Source: Armatimonadota bacterium (GTDB lineage: Bacteria; Sysuimicrobiota; Sysuimicrobiia; Sysuimicrobiales; Kaftiobacteriaceae). From it: a stretch of DNA of 23,719 nucleotides. The stretch covers positions 1 to 23,719 of the forward strand of contig JBBIUY010000042.1 in assembly GCA_037440005.1 (NCBI GenBank). Direction: 5' to 3'. This document shows, piece after piece, positions 1 through 7,105 of the stretch. The translations under genes were made by a program, and so were the position numbers. The notes beneath the pieces were generated by a model that saw nothing but the letters and a program-made list of their open reading frames with translations, ran no database searches and was not told where the DNA came from. The stretch's first letter is position 1, and each line of letters opens with the position of its first letter.

Positions 1-1
1 G

Positions 2-310
2 GCCCCGCCGCTGCCCCCGCCGCCGTTTCCCACGCCCCCGGGCCCCGGTCAGCAGTTGCCCCCGCCGCCGCTGCCGGGCCAGCCTCAGCCGCCGGCCCAG
101 CCTCCGGCGCCCGGGGCGGGCATTGCGGTGACGGGCATCGTGGGTGACACCCGGGCGGTGGCGGTGGTGGTGATCGGCAACCGCACGGAAATCGTGGCCG
201 CCGGGGAGACCGTCGGCGACCTGCGCGTGGTGCGCATCGACTCGGCCCGGCGGACGGTCACGTTCCTGCAGGGCGGCAGGCGCTTTGACGTGCGCATGGG
301 GGGTGAGTGA
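2..310 (+). CDS. Partial (5'-truncated by window) proline-rich pilus/T2SS assembly protein, PilP/GspC-like C-terminal beta domain
   Basis: Frame open from base 2 (APPLPPPPFPTPPGP...) to TGA 308-310. C-terminus IAVTGIVG...AVAVV...IVAAGETVGDLRVVRID...VTF resembles PilP/GspC beta domains. Lies directly before a secretin gene. Confidence 0.6.
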   Translation, partial: APPLPPPPFPTPPGPGQQLPPPPLPGQPQPPAQPPAPGAGIAVTGIVGDTRAVAVVVIGNRTEIVAAGETVGDLRVVRIDSARRTVTFLQGGRRFDVRMGGE

Positions 311-314
311 ACGG

Positions 315-1994
315 ATGCACCGGAGTCGTCCTCTCCGCGTTCTGATGCTGCTGCTGACGGCGGTGCTGGCCCTGCCGGCCTGGCACCCGGCGCCGGCCGC
401 CGCCGGCCCCCTGCGCGTCACCCAGGTGACCGTCAAGGACTTCGGCACCCGGCTGGTGGTGGGGGTGGTCGCCACCGGGCCGATCCTGTTCCAGGTGACC
501 GTGCTTCCCGCGCCCTCCCCGCCCCGGGTGGCGGTGGACGTGCTCAACGCCGTGGTGGACGAGAGCCTGCGGACCACCCGCCCGGTCAACAAGGGCAACG
601 TGCTGCGGGTGCGCGTCGGCCAGTTTCAGGACAGCCCGCCGATCGCCCGGGTGGTGATCGACCTGGTGCGGGCCGTCCCGGTGGACGTACAGCGGGCGGC
701 CCCCAACATCCTGGCCGTCAGCGTCCCCCTGCAGGTGCCGGTCACCGAGGCAGAGGCGCGGGCCGCGGCCGCGGCGCCGGTGTCGGGGGCGTCGGGTCCC
801 CTGGTGCCGGCGGTCTCGGCCGCTCCCGGCACGGGGGTGATCCGGACCGCCCAGCAGCTGCCCACCGGCCCTCAGGCGCCGGGGCTGATCCGCCTGCTGG
901 AGTTTCGGGGCGTGGCGCTGTCCGATGTGCTCAGCGCCCTGTCCAAGCTGTGCGCGTTCAACATGGTCACCGACTCCTCGGTGCAGGGGGCCATCACCCT
1001 GCGGCTGGTGGACGTGACCTGCGAGGACGCCCTGCGCTTCATCCTGGAGGCCAACGGCCTGGCGTTCCGCCGGCTGGGCAAGAACATCATCGTCTCGTCG
1101 GCCGAAAAGCTGGCCCCGCCGCCGGAGGTGCCGGAGACCATCGCCTACCGGCTGGCCTACGGCAACGTGGACGCCATCCGGTCGGCCGTGGCCGCCGCCG
1201 TGCCCGGCATCCGGGTGGCCGTGGACACCCGCACCAACTCCCTGCTCATCACCGGGACGTCGGCCCAGCACGAGGAGGTCGTCAAGGTCCTGGCCACCCT
1301 GGACGTGCGCATCCCCCAGGTGATGATCCAGGCCCACGCCATCGACATCGCCTCCAGCGTCCTGCGGGAGCTGGGACTGCTCAGCGGGGTGGGCGGCACC
1401 GACTTCGGCAGCTTCTTCCTGGACAGCGCCCAGAACCGCATCTCGTTTCAGTTCGTGGACACGGACCTGATCCTGTTCCGCCTGCAGGCCCTGGTGACCG
1501 AGAACCGGGGCCGCATCCTGGCCGCGCCCCGGATCACCACCCTGGACGGCAACAAGGCGTCCATCCTGCTGGGCGACCGGGTGCCGATCTTCACCGTCAC
1601 CACCCAGGCCGGCGTGACCACCACCACCGTCACCTTCGTGGACGTGGGCGTCAAGCTGGAGGTCACGCCCCGGGTGAACGCCGACGGCCTGCTGACCCTG
1701 ACCCTGCGGCCCGAGGTGAGCTCGGTGGCCGAGATCGTCACCGGGCCCGGGGGCCAGCAGGCGCCCCGGGTGGCCACCCGGTCCGCCGAGACGGTGCTCA
1801 CGGTGCGCGACGGCCAGACCATCGTTCTCGGCGGCCTGATCAGCCAGGAGGAGCGGCGCACGCTGCGTAAGGTGCCGCTGCTGGGCGACATCCCCATCAT
1901 CGGCGAGCTGTTCCGCTCCACCTCCACCGACGTCCGGGAGAGCGAGGTGGTCTTCCTGATCACCCCGCAGATCCTCAAGGACGGCGGTCAGTAG
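315..1994 (+). CDS. Type IV pilus/type II secretion secretin (PilQ/GspD family) with N-terminal AMIN domain
   Basis: ATG 315 then a signal peptide, AMIN-like segment (PPRVAVDV...VRVGQFQ..PPIARVVIDL), N domains (VDTRTNSLLITG) and the secretin motifs PQVMIQA, AAPRITTLDG, DVGVKLEVTPRV, VRDGQTIVLGGL, KVPLLGDIPIIGELFRS. Confidence 0.93.
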   Translation: MHRSRPLRVLMLLLTAVLALPAWHPAPAAAGPLRVTQVTVKDFGTRLVVGVVATGPILFQVTVLPAPSPPRVAVDVLNAVVDESLRTTRPVNKGNVLRVRVGQFQDSPPIARVVIDLVRAVPVDVQRAAPNILAVSVPLQVPVTEAEARAAAAAPVSGASGPLVPAVSAAPGTGVIRTAQQLPTGPQAPGLIRLLEFRGVALSDVLSALSKLCAFNMVTDSSVQGAITLRLVDVTCEDALRFILEANGLAFRRLGKNIIVSSAEKLAPPPEVPETIAYRLAYGNVDAIRSAVAAAVPGIRVAVDTRTNSLLITGTSAQHEEVVKVLATLDVRIPQVMIQAHAIDIASSVLRELGLLSGVGGTDFGSFFLDSAQNRISFQFVDTDLILFRLQALVTENRGRILAAPRITTLDGNKASILLGDRVPIFTVTTQAGVTTTTVTFVDVGVKLEVTPRVNADGLLTLTLRPEVSSVAEIVTGPGGQQAPRVATRSAETVLTVRDGQTIVLGGLISQEERRTLRKVPLLGDIPIIGELFRSTSTDVRESEVVFLITPQILKDGGQ

Positions 1995-2003
1995 GAGGGG
2001 GCG

Positions 2004-2414
2004 ATGCGGAGGTGCGCGGCGGTCCTGATCCTGGCGGGCCTGCTGGCGGCGCCGGCGGCGGCCCAGGTGCCCGTGTTTGACACCACCCGGGTGTACTCGG
2101 AGAGCGAGTTTGCGGAGGCCATCCGGCCGTACACCGAGGCCCTGGCCCGCAACGCCAACGACGCCCGGGCCCACTACTGGCTGGGGGTGGCCTACCTGCA
2201 CGCCTTCAAGCTGTACCGGTGGGGGCTGGCCCCCTACGCGGCCGGGCATGGCGCGCGGGCGGTGCAGTCCCTGCAACGGGCGGCCGAGCTGGACCCGCAG
2301 CCCGCGGTGCTGCTGGCGCTGCTGGAGGCCTACGGGCTGGTGGGCGACCGCGCCCGCTACGACGCGCTGATCGACCGCCTGGGCGCGCTGGCGAGGCCCG
2401 CGCCGGTCAAGTAG
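2004..2414 (+). CDS. Secreted TPR-repeat protein (possible secretin accessory factor)
   Basis: RBS AGGAGG; Sec signal peptide ending APAAA; TPR-like helices AIRPYTEALARNANDARAHYWLGVAY and AVQSLQRAAELDP. Confidence 0.75.
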   Translation: MRRCAAVLILAGLLAAPAAAQVPVFDTTRVYSESEFAEAIRPYTEALARNANDARAHYWLGVAYLHAFKLYRWGLAPYAAGHGARAVQSLQRAAELDPQPAVLLALLEAYGLVGDRARYDALIDRLGALARPAPVK

Positions 2415-2440
2415 GCCGGACGGGTACCGCGACCCGTCTT

Positions 2441-2477
2441 CGCCGGCCCGGGGGCCCCCCGGGCCGGCGGGTTTTTT
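2441..2477 (+). terminator. Rho-independent terminator after the secretin/TPR genes
   Basis: 13-bp stem CGCCGGCCCGGGG (2441-2453) / CCCCGGGCCGGCG (2457-2469) followed by GGTTTTTT. Confidence 0.85.
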
Positions 2478-2546
2478 GACCAGGTCGGGCCATGGCGGCC
2501 GCGCGCTGCTCCGTGGTGAAATGGGCGCGGAGCGGCGAGGCGGAAT

Positions 2547-3032
2547 CTGCGCGCGCGCCGGGCGGGATTCACCACCGTTGACGTCCTGGTCGTCCTGGGG
2601 CTGGCCGGACTGCTGACCGCGGTGGCCGCCTGGCAGGCCGGGTCTCTGGCGGACCGGCTGCGGGTGCGGGCGGCGGCGACGATCGTGGTGGCCGAGTTGC
2701 GCGCCGGCCAGGCCCGGGCCATGGCCGAGCGCCGGCCGACGGTCGCCCACGGCGTGCGGTTCCCGGCGGGATCCGCGCACTACCAGGTCGTCGTCCGCGA
2801 CGGTTCCCGCCTGCTGGCCTCCCGCGACCGACCCCTGCCCCCGGGCGTGCGGATCGCCTACGCCCGCTTTGGCGGGGCCCTGCCCGACGAAGCCCTGTTT
2901 CACGGACGCAGCCTGTTCGGCGCTCCCTCCGGCGGCGGCACGGTGACCCTCGCCGCCGGGCAGGTCCGCGTGTGCGTGCGGCTCCTGCCGGCGACCGGCA
3001 GGATCCGCGTCGCCACCACCGGCTGTCCCTGA
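2547..3032 (+). CDS. Type IV prepilin/pseudopilin (GspH/FimT-like), probable CTG start
   Basis: In frame with the ORF-track ORF 2622-3032. Upstream reads (L/M)RARRAG|FTTVDVLVVLGLAGLLTAVAAW, a class III signal peptide. In-frame stop at 2517-2519. C-terminus has the GspH/FimT-like pattern LF...GAPSGGGTVTL...VRLLPATGRIRV. Confidence 0.75.
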   Translation: MRARRAGFTTVDVLVVLGLAGLLTAVAAWQAGSLADRLRVRAAATIVVAELRAGQARAMAERRPTVAHGVRFPAGSAHYQVVVRDGSRLLASRDRPLPPGVRIAYARFGGALPDEALFHGRSLFGAPSGGGTVTLAAGQVRVCVRLLPATGRIRVATTGCP

Positions 3033-3078
3033 CCGGAGGTGTCCCTCACATGAGCGACACGCCCCCCGCCCGCCCGGA

Positions 3079-3099
3079 ATTTGGGGTCAGACCCCAAAT
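3079..3099. repeat. REP-like palindrome, left copy (ATTTGGGGTC-A-GACCCCAAAT)
   Basis: Perfect 10-bp inverted arms around a central A, immediately upstream of the transposase RBS. Directly repeated 1010 bp downstream. Confidence 0.9.
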
Positions 3100-3117
3100 G
3101 TGGGGGAGGTGGCGGTG

Positions 3118-4002
3118 ATGCCGCGTCCGCCTCGCGTGCGGTTTGAAGGTGCCGTGTATCATATCACCGCGCATGCGGTGGGCAGGGATCTCCTCTTCTC
3201 CGACGACGCCGACCGGCGGGGCTACCTCGATCTCCTCCGCCACGTGATCCAGCGCGCTCAGGTCACGCTCCTGGCCTTCGTCCTGATGGACACGCACGTG
3301 CACCTGGTCCTCCGCACCTCCCTGGCCAACGTCTCCTCGGCCGTGCAGTGGCTCCACGGAAGGCACGCGGCACTCTTCAACAGGCAGGCGCGGCGGCGGG
3401 GCCACCTGTTCGGCGGGCGCTTCTACAGCACGGTGATCGATTCGGACGCCTACCTTCTGGAAGTGACGCGCTACGCGCACCTGAATCCCGTGCGGGCCGG
3501 CCTGGTGGGCCGGCCGGAAGAATTTCCCTGGAGCAGCTACCGGCAGTACCTGACAGGCTCTGGCAACGGCCTGGCCGACCCCCGGATGGTCCTCGGGCTG
3601 CTGGGCTCCGACCGACAGGCGCAGTGCAGGGCATACCGCCGGTTCGTGGAGGAGCCGCTGGTGGTGCTGCTCGGCCGTCATCGGCGCGGATCGCCCGCCT
3701 GGGAGAGGGCCGCCCTGGCTGCGGTCGCGGATGCGCTGGGCGTCCTGCGGGCCGATGTGCTGGAGCGTCGGATCCCTCAGGTGCGCCCGGCTGCGGCGGG
3801 GTTGCTGGTGGACGCGCTGGGCGTGTCTCCTTTCCGGGTGGCCCGCCTGCTGGGAGTGCATGTGGAGAGCATACGGCGGTCTGTGCGCAGCGTGCGGGCG
3901 GGGTCTCTCAGTCGGCAAATGATGCAGCGCGTCGTGCGGGCGCGAGATGTCCTGTCCGCCGCAGGCGGCTCTGCGGCGGCTCATCGGCGGAGGCCCGGGT
4001 AA
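3118..4002 (+). CDS. REP-associated tyrosine (Y1/HUH) transposase, RAYT/TnpA-REP-like, with C-terminal HTH-like extension
   Basis: RBS GGAGGT 3105-3110, ATG 3118. Motifs MPRPPR...GAVYHIT, HUH motif MDTHVHL, FNR...RGHLFGGRF, catalytic RYAHLNPVRAG and PWSSY. C-terminal ...LGVSPFRVARLLGVHVESIRRSV looks HTH-like. Confidence 0.9.
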   Translation: MPRPPRVRFEGAVYHITAHAVGRDLLFSDDADRRGYLDLLRHVIQRAQVTLLAFVLMDTHVHLVLRTSLANVSSAVQWLHGRHAALFNRQARRRGHLFGGRFYSTVIDSDAYLLEVTRYAHLNPVRAGLVGRPEEFPWSSYRQYLTGSGNGLADPRMVLGLLGSDRQAQCRAYRRFVEEPLVVLLGRHRRGSPAWERAALAAVADALGVLRADVLERRIPQVRPAAAGLLVDALGVSPFRVARLLGVHVESIRRSVRSVRAGSLSRQMMQRVVRARDVLSAAGGSAAAHRRRPG

Positions 4003-4088
4003 AGGCCGAAGAGCTCGGGCCGGTTCTATGTCTCTCTTGAATTGACACGGAACCTACCTCGCGCGAATCTCCCCGCATCTTCCACGGA

Positions 4089-4109
4089 AATTGGGGTCAG
4101 ACCCCGATT
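4089..4109. repeat. REP-like palindrome, right copy (AATTGGGGTC-A-GACCCCGATT)
   Basis: 10-bp arms with one T.G mismatch; same core GGGGTCAGACCCC as the left copy. Confidence 0.9.
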
Positions 4110-4242
4110 GTTGTCGTCGGGGGGCCTTGCGCTGGCGCGCGCTCGATGTCTAGGAGGTCGCGGGTACCGGGCATGCGAGTGGTGAGGGTAGCCCAGCCCC
4201 CCAGGCTGCCTATCCGGTTGACAATGCAGGAGTGAGTACCTG

Positions 4243-5595
4243 ATGCGCCATCTGATCGTGGTCGCGCTGGTGGCGCTCGTGCTATTTCCGGCCCCTGCGT
4301 GGACAGGGAATCCGTCGGCTGTCGCCGTGCTGACGAACGCAGGCGACAACAGCGTCTTAGTCGTAGAACTGGGTTCGGGCGCGGTCACGCCCGTCTCCGT
4401 GGGGCGAGTTACGTACGGAGTGGCAGTGGACCCGCGAGCGTCTCGGGCATACGTCACGGACCATCACTTCTCCGATGGGAGAGTTCACGTCATCGACCTG
4501 TCGACGAAACAGTATGTGGGGTCCGTCCGCGTCGGTCCGATGCCCCACGGGGTTGCGGTCAACCGGGCCGGCGACCGTGTATACGTGGCCAACGTCATGG
4601 GACGTTCGATTTCGGTGATAGATCCTTCGGGTGTCGGCAGTTCCGGAACAGCCCTTGCGAGCCTGGAGTTGCCGGCGGTGCCGTGGGGACTGGTCCTCTC
4701 TCCCGATGACAGCCGGTTGTACGCCAGTGCACTTTCTCGGGCTCTGGTCGTAGATGTCGACCTGGTCAGGGGGACATCGGCGGTAGTCCCATCAGAGGGG
4801 GGCATGCCCTCCGGAATTGCCAGGTCGCCAGACGGTTCGCGGCTGTTCGTGACAGACTTCTCCGGTGGCACCCTGTGGGTCATTGATACGGCTAGAATCG
4901 GTGCCAGCGATGCGGTTATTAACCGGCTGTCCCTGGGGTCTCCTGCCTACGCCATCGCTGTGAACCCGGCGGGGACGCGCGCCTACGTCACTCACACGTC
5001 CACAGGCTTGGTCTCCGTGGTAGACATTTCCCGCCCGGGTGCCGAGGCGGTGATCAAAACAGTGCCGGTGGGGCCCAGGCCTCACGGGGTGGCCGTCAGC
5101 CCTGACGGAGCCCGGGTGTTCGTGGCAAACTTCGGTGGCCACAGCGTGAGCATCATCGACGCTTCCACGAACAGTTTCGTGCGTAATGTGGAGCTGCCCG
5201 AGAACGGATACCCCGTCGCCTTCGGCCCCTTCGTCGTCGGTCCACAGACCATCACCGTCCAGATCGACGTCAAGCCCGGCAGCGACAGTAACCCCATCAA
5301 CCTCAAATCCCGCGGCACCACGCCGGTGGCCATCCTGGGCTCGCCGAGCTACGACGTTACCCAGGTGGACGTGTCCAGCGTGCGCCTGGCCGGGGCGCCC
5401 GTGGGTCGCAAGCCCAACGGAGCCTACATGGAGTCCTTTGACGACGTCAACGGCGACGGGTTGATCGACCTGGTCCTGCACTTCGAGACGGACAGGATGC
5501 AGGTCGGCCCCGCCGACACCCAGGTGACCCTGGAGGGCCAGATGAGCGACGGGTCGCCCTTCAGCGGCACCGACGCCGTCCGGGTGGTCCCATAG
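4243..5595 (+). CDS. Secreted YVTN/YncE-like beta-propeller protein with C-terminal 'IDVKPGS..NPIN' beta domain containing a DxNxDG Ca-binding-like motif
   Basis: RBS AGGAG 4228-4232; signal peptide. Six clear blades (VAVDPRASRAYVT, VAVNRAGDRVYVA, LVLSPDDSRLYAS, IARSPDGSRLFVT, IAVNPAGTRAYVT, VAVSPDGARVFVA). C-domain has DVNGDGLIDLVLHF. Confidence 0.85.
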   Translation: MRHLIVVALVALVLFPAPAWTGNPSAVAVLTNAGDNSVLVVELGSGAVTPVSVGRVTYGVAVDPRASRAYVTDHHFSDGRVHVIDLSTKQYVGSVRVGPMPHGVAVNRAGDRVYVANVMGRSISVIDPSGVGSSGTALASLELPAVPWGLVLSPDDSRLYASALSRALVVDVDLVRGTSAVVPSEGGMPSGIARSPDGSRLFVTDFSGGTLWVIDTARIGASDAVINRLSLGSPAYAIAVNPAGTRAYVTHTSTGLVSVVDISRPGAEAVIKTVPVGPRPHGVAVSPDGARVFVANFGGHSVSIIDASTNSFVRNVELPENGYPVAFGPFVVGPQTITVQIDVKPGSDSNPINLKSRGTTPVAILGSPSYDVTQVDVSSVRLAGAPVGRKPNGAYMESFDDVNGDGLIDLVLHFETDRMQVGPADTQVTLEGQMSDGSPFSGTDAVRVVP

Positions 5596-5617
5596 GCGAA
5601 TTGCCTCCACACCGGCT

Positions 5618-5653
5618 CCGGGGCCCCGCGCACTGCGGGGCCCCGGTCGTTTT
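5618..5653 (+). terminator. Rho-independent terminator after the beta-propeller gene
   Basis: 12-bp perfect stem CCGGGGCCCCGC / GCGGGGCCCCGG with 5-nt loop, then TCGTTTT. Confidence 0.75.
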
Positions 5654-5764
5654 GCGGTCCGCCCGCCTCCGGTTGTGGCCCGCACGGAGGAGAACGCCTC
5701 CTCCAAGGCCAATCCCCCTGGTCAGTCGCCGCTGGATCCGAGGTCGCCGAAGGAGGAGACCGCG

Positions 5765-6841
5765 ATGACCCGACTGGACCGCGCCCGCAATCTGCTGGAC
5801 CAGCACCAGGTGGACGCCCTCCTGGTGGTCAAGGCGGAGCGGCTGGACTCCCCCAACCTCCGCTACCTCACCGGGTTCACCGGCACCACCGGCGCGGTCC
5901 TGATCACGCCCCGGGAGGCGCTGCTGCTGGTGGACTTTCGCTACGTGGAACAGGCCCGGGCCGAAGCGCCGGAGCTCGAGGTGGTGCAGGTCCCCCGGCA
6001 GGCGTCGGAGGCGCTGGCGGAGATCGTGCGGGGCCGGGAGATCCGCCGCCTGGGCTTTGAGCCCGACGGCCTCACCGTTCGCCAGCACGACGAGCTGGCC
6101 CGGCTGCTGCAGCCGGCCCAGATGGTCCCGGTGGAAGGGGTGGACCGGCTGCGCTGGGTGAAAGACCCGCCGGAGGTGGACCGGATCCGGCGCGCCGCGC
6201 AGGTGGCCGACGCCGCCTTCCAGCACATCCTCGGATTCCTGCGGCCGGGGGTCAGCGAGCGGGACGTGGCCACCGAGCTGGAGTTCTTCATGCGGCGGCA
6301 CGGCGCCGAGCGGGAGGCGTTCAGCTCCATCGTGGCCAGCGGCGCCCGCTCGTCGCTGCCCCACGGCCGCGCCTCGGACAAACTCCTGGCGGCCGGCGAC
6401 TTCGTCACCGTAGACTTCGGGGCGGTGGTGGACGGGTACCACTCGGACTGCACCCGCACCGTGGTCCTGGGCCGGGCCACCGATCGCCAGCGGGAGATCT
6501 ACGACCTGGTGCTGCGGGCGCAGACTGGTGCCCTGCAGGGGCTGCGGCCGGGGCTGACCGGCAAGGACGCGGACGCCCTGGCCCGCCAGATCATCGCCGA
6601 CGCCGGCCACGGCGAGCACTTCGGCCACGGTTTGGGCCACGGGGTGGGCCTGGCCATCCACGAGGGCCCCACCCTCTCGCCCCGGGAGGAGGCGGTGCTG
6701 CAGGCCGGCATGGTGGTGACGGTGGAGCCGGGCGTCTACCTGCCGGGGTGGGGCGGGGTGCGCATCGAGGACCTGGTGGTCCTGACCCCGGACGGCTGCG
6801 AGGTCCTCACCCGCGCGCCCAAGCAGTTGGTGGAACTCTAA
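5765..6841 (+). CDS. Xaa-Pro aminopeptidase/dipeptidase (M24B, YqhT/PepQ-like)
   Basis: RBS AAGGAGGAG. Creatinase-N region (NLRYLTGFTG, DFRY); metal-site motifs VDFGA..DGYHSDCTRT, HGLGHGVGLAIHE, TVEPGVY, GGVRIED. Usual position just upstream of efp. Confidence 0.93.
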   Translation: MTRLDRARNLLDQHQVDALLVVKAERLDSPNLRYLTGFTGTTGAVLITPREALLLVDFRYVEQARAEAPELEVVQVPRQASEALAEIVRGREIRRLGFEPDGLTVRQHDELARLLQPAQMVPVEGVDRLRWVKDPPEVDRIRRAAQVADAAFQHILGFLRPGVSERDVATELEFFMRRHGAEREAFSSIVASGARSSLPHGRASDKLLAAGDFVTVDFGAVVDGYHSDCTRTVVLGRATDRQREIYDLVLRAQTGALQGLRPGLTGKDADALARQIIADAGHGEHFGHGLGHGVGLAIHEGPTLSPREEAVLQAGMVVTVEPGVYLPGWGGVRIEDLVVLTPDGCEVLTRAPKQLVEL

Positions 6842-6933
6842 AAAGGGAAAAGGGAAAAAGGAAAAGGGAAGAGGGAAGAGGGAAGAAACGGGGGCGTCAG
6901 GGTGTTCCTTCTTCCCTCTTCCTTCTTCCCTCT
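6841..6933. repeat. Inverted pair of heptamer tandem repeats: purine arm (AAAAGGG/AAGAGGG x6+) and pyrimidine arm (TTCCTTC/TTCCCTC x4)
   Basis: 6841-6886 is all purine in 7-nt units; 6905-6933 is all pyrimidine in 7-nt units and approximately complementary to the first arm. Confidence 0.85.
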
Positions 6934-6941
6934 GCTAGAAT
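6933..6941 (+). promoter_or_regulatory. Putative extended -10 promoter (TGcTAGAAT) for efp
   Basis: TG-N-TAGAAT close to the TGnTATAAT consensus, about 165 nt upstream of the efp ATG; no recognisable -35. Confidence 0.5.
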
Positions 6942-7105
6942 TCATCCGGCCTCGGGGGGACGGGAGTTCTCAGGAGCCGCCCGACGGGCGCGTCGCAGTC
7001 CGGCGGGGGCCGGCGGGTGCGGCCGCGGGCTGTCCGGGCGGGAGTGCCGTTGCGCAGACCCAAGCCGTCGGGGCAGTCGGAGACCCGCAGGTCGGCGGAG
7101 GAGCC

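Larger units (their letters stand above)
3075..4111 (+). mobile_element. RAYT/Y1-transposase cassette bounded by ~27-bp direct-repeat palindromes
   Basis: CGGAATTTGGGGTCAGACCCCAAATGT (3075-3101) and CGGAAATTGGGGTCAGACCCCGATTGT (4085-4111) flank the transposase. Whether the unit is actually mobile cannot be seen here. Confidence 0.6.

Noticed and set aside
258..2903. 881-aa minus-strand ORF and other long antisense or alternate-frame ORFs (e.g. 11317-12882, 12732-14231, 15961-17355, 18977-20236)
   Set aside because: They shadow well-supported + strand genes, give low-complexity R/G/P/H-rich translations with no motifs, and are expected where stop codons are rare at high GC.
4042..4223. Two perfect TTGACA hexamers (4042-4047, 4218-4223) upstream of the beta-propeller gene
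   Set aside because: No convincing -10 lies 16-18 bp from the first, and the second is too close to the start codon; no promoter called.
5675..5764. Long N-terminal extensions in the ORF track (pepQ from 5675; likewise efp 6902, nusB 7725, pyrG 10948, ilvE 12483, xerD 13706, deoB 14344, hbd 20385)
   Set aside because: Strong RBSs or stop/start overlaps and family N-termini support the shorter starts given in the features.
7076..7092. AGTCGGAGACCCGC resembles the cobalamin riboswitch B12 box
   Set aside because: The other core elements (GGGAA..GGTG..AATCC, CCCGCAACTGT, GCCACTG) are absent, and efp is not a B12-related gene.
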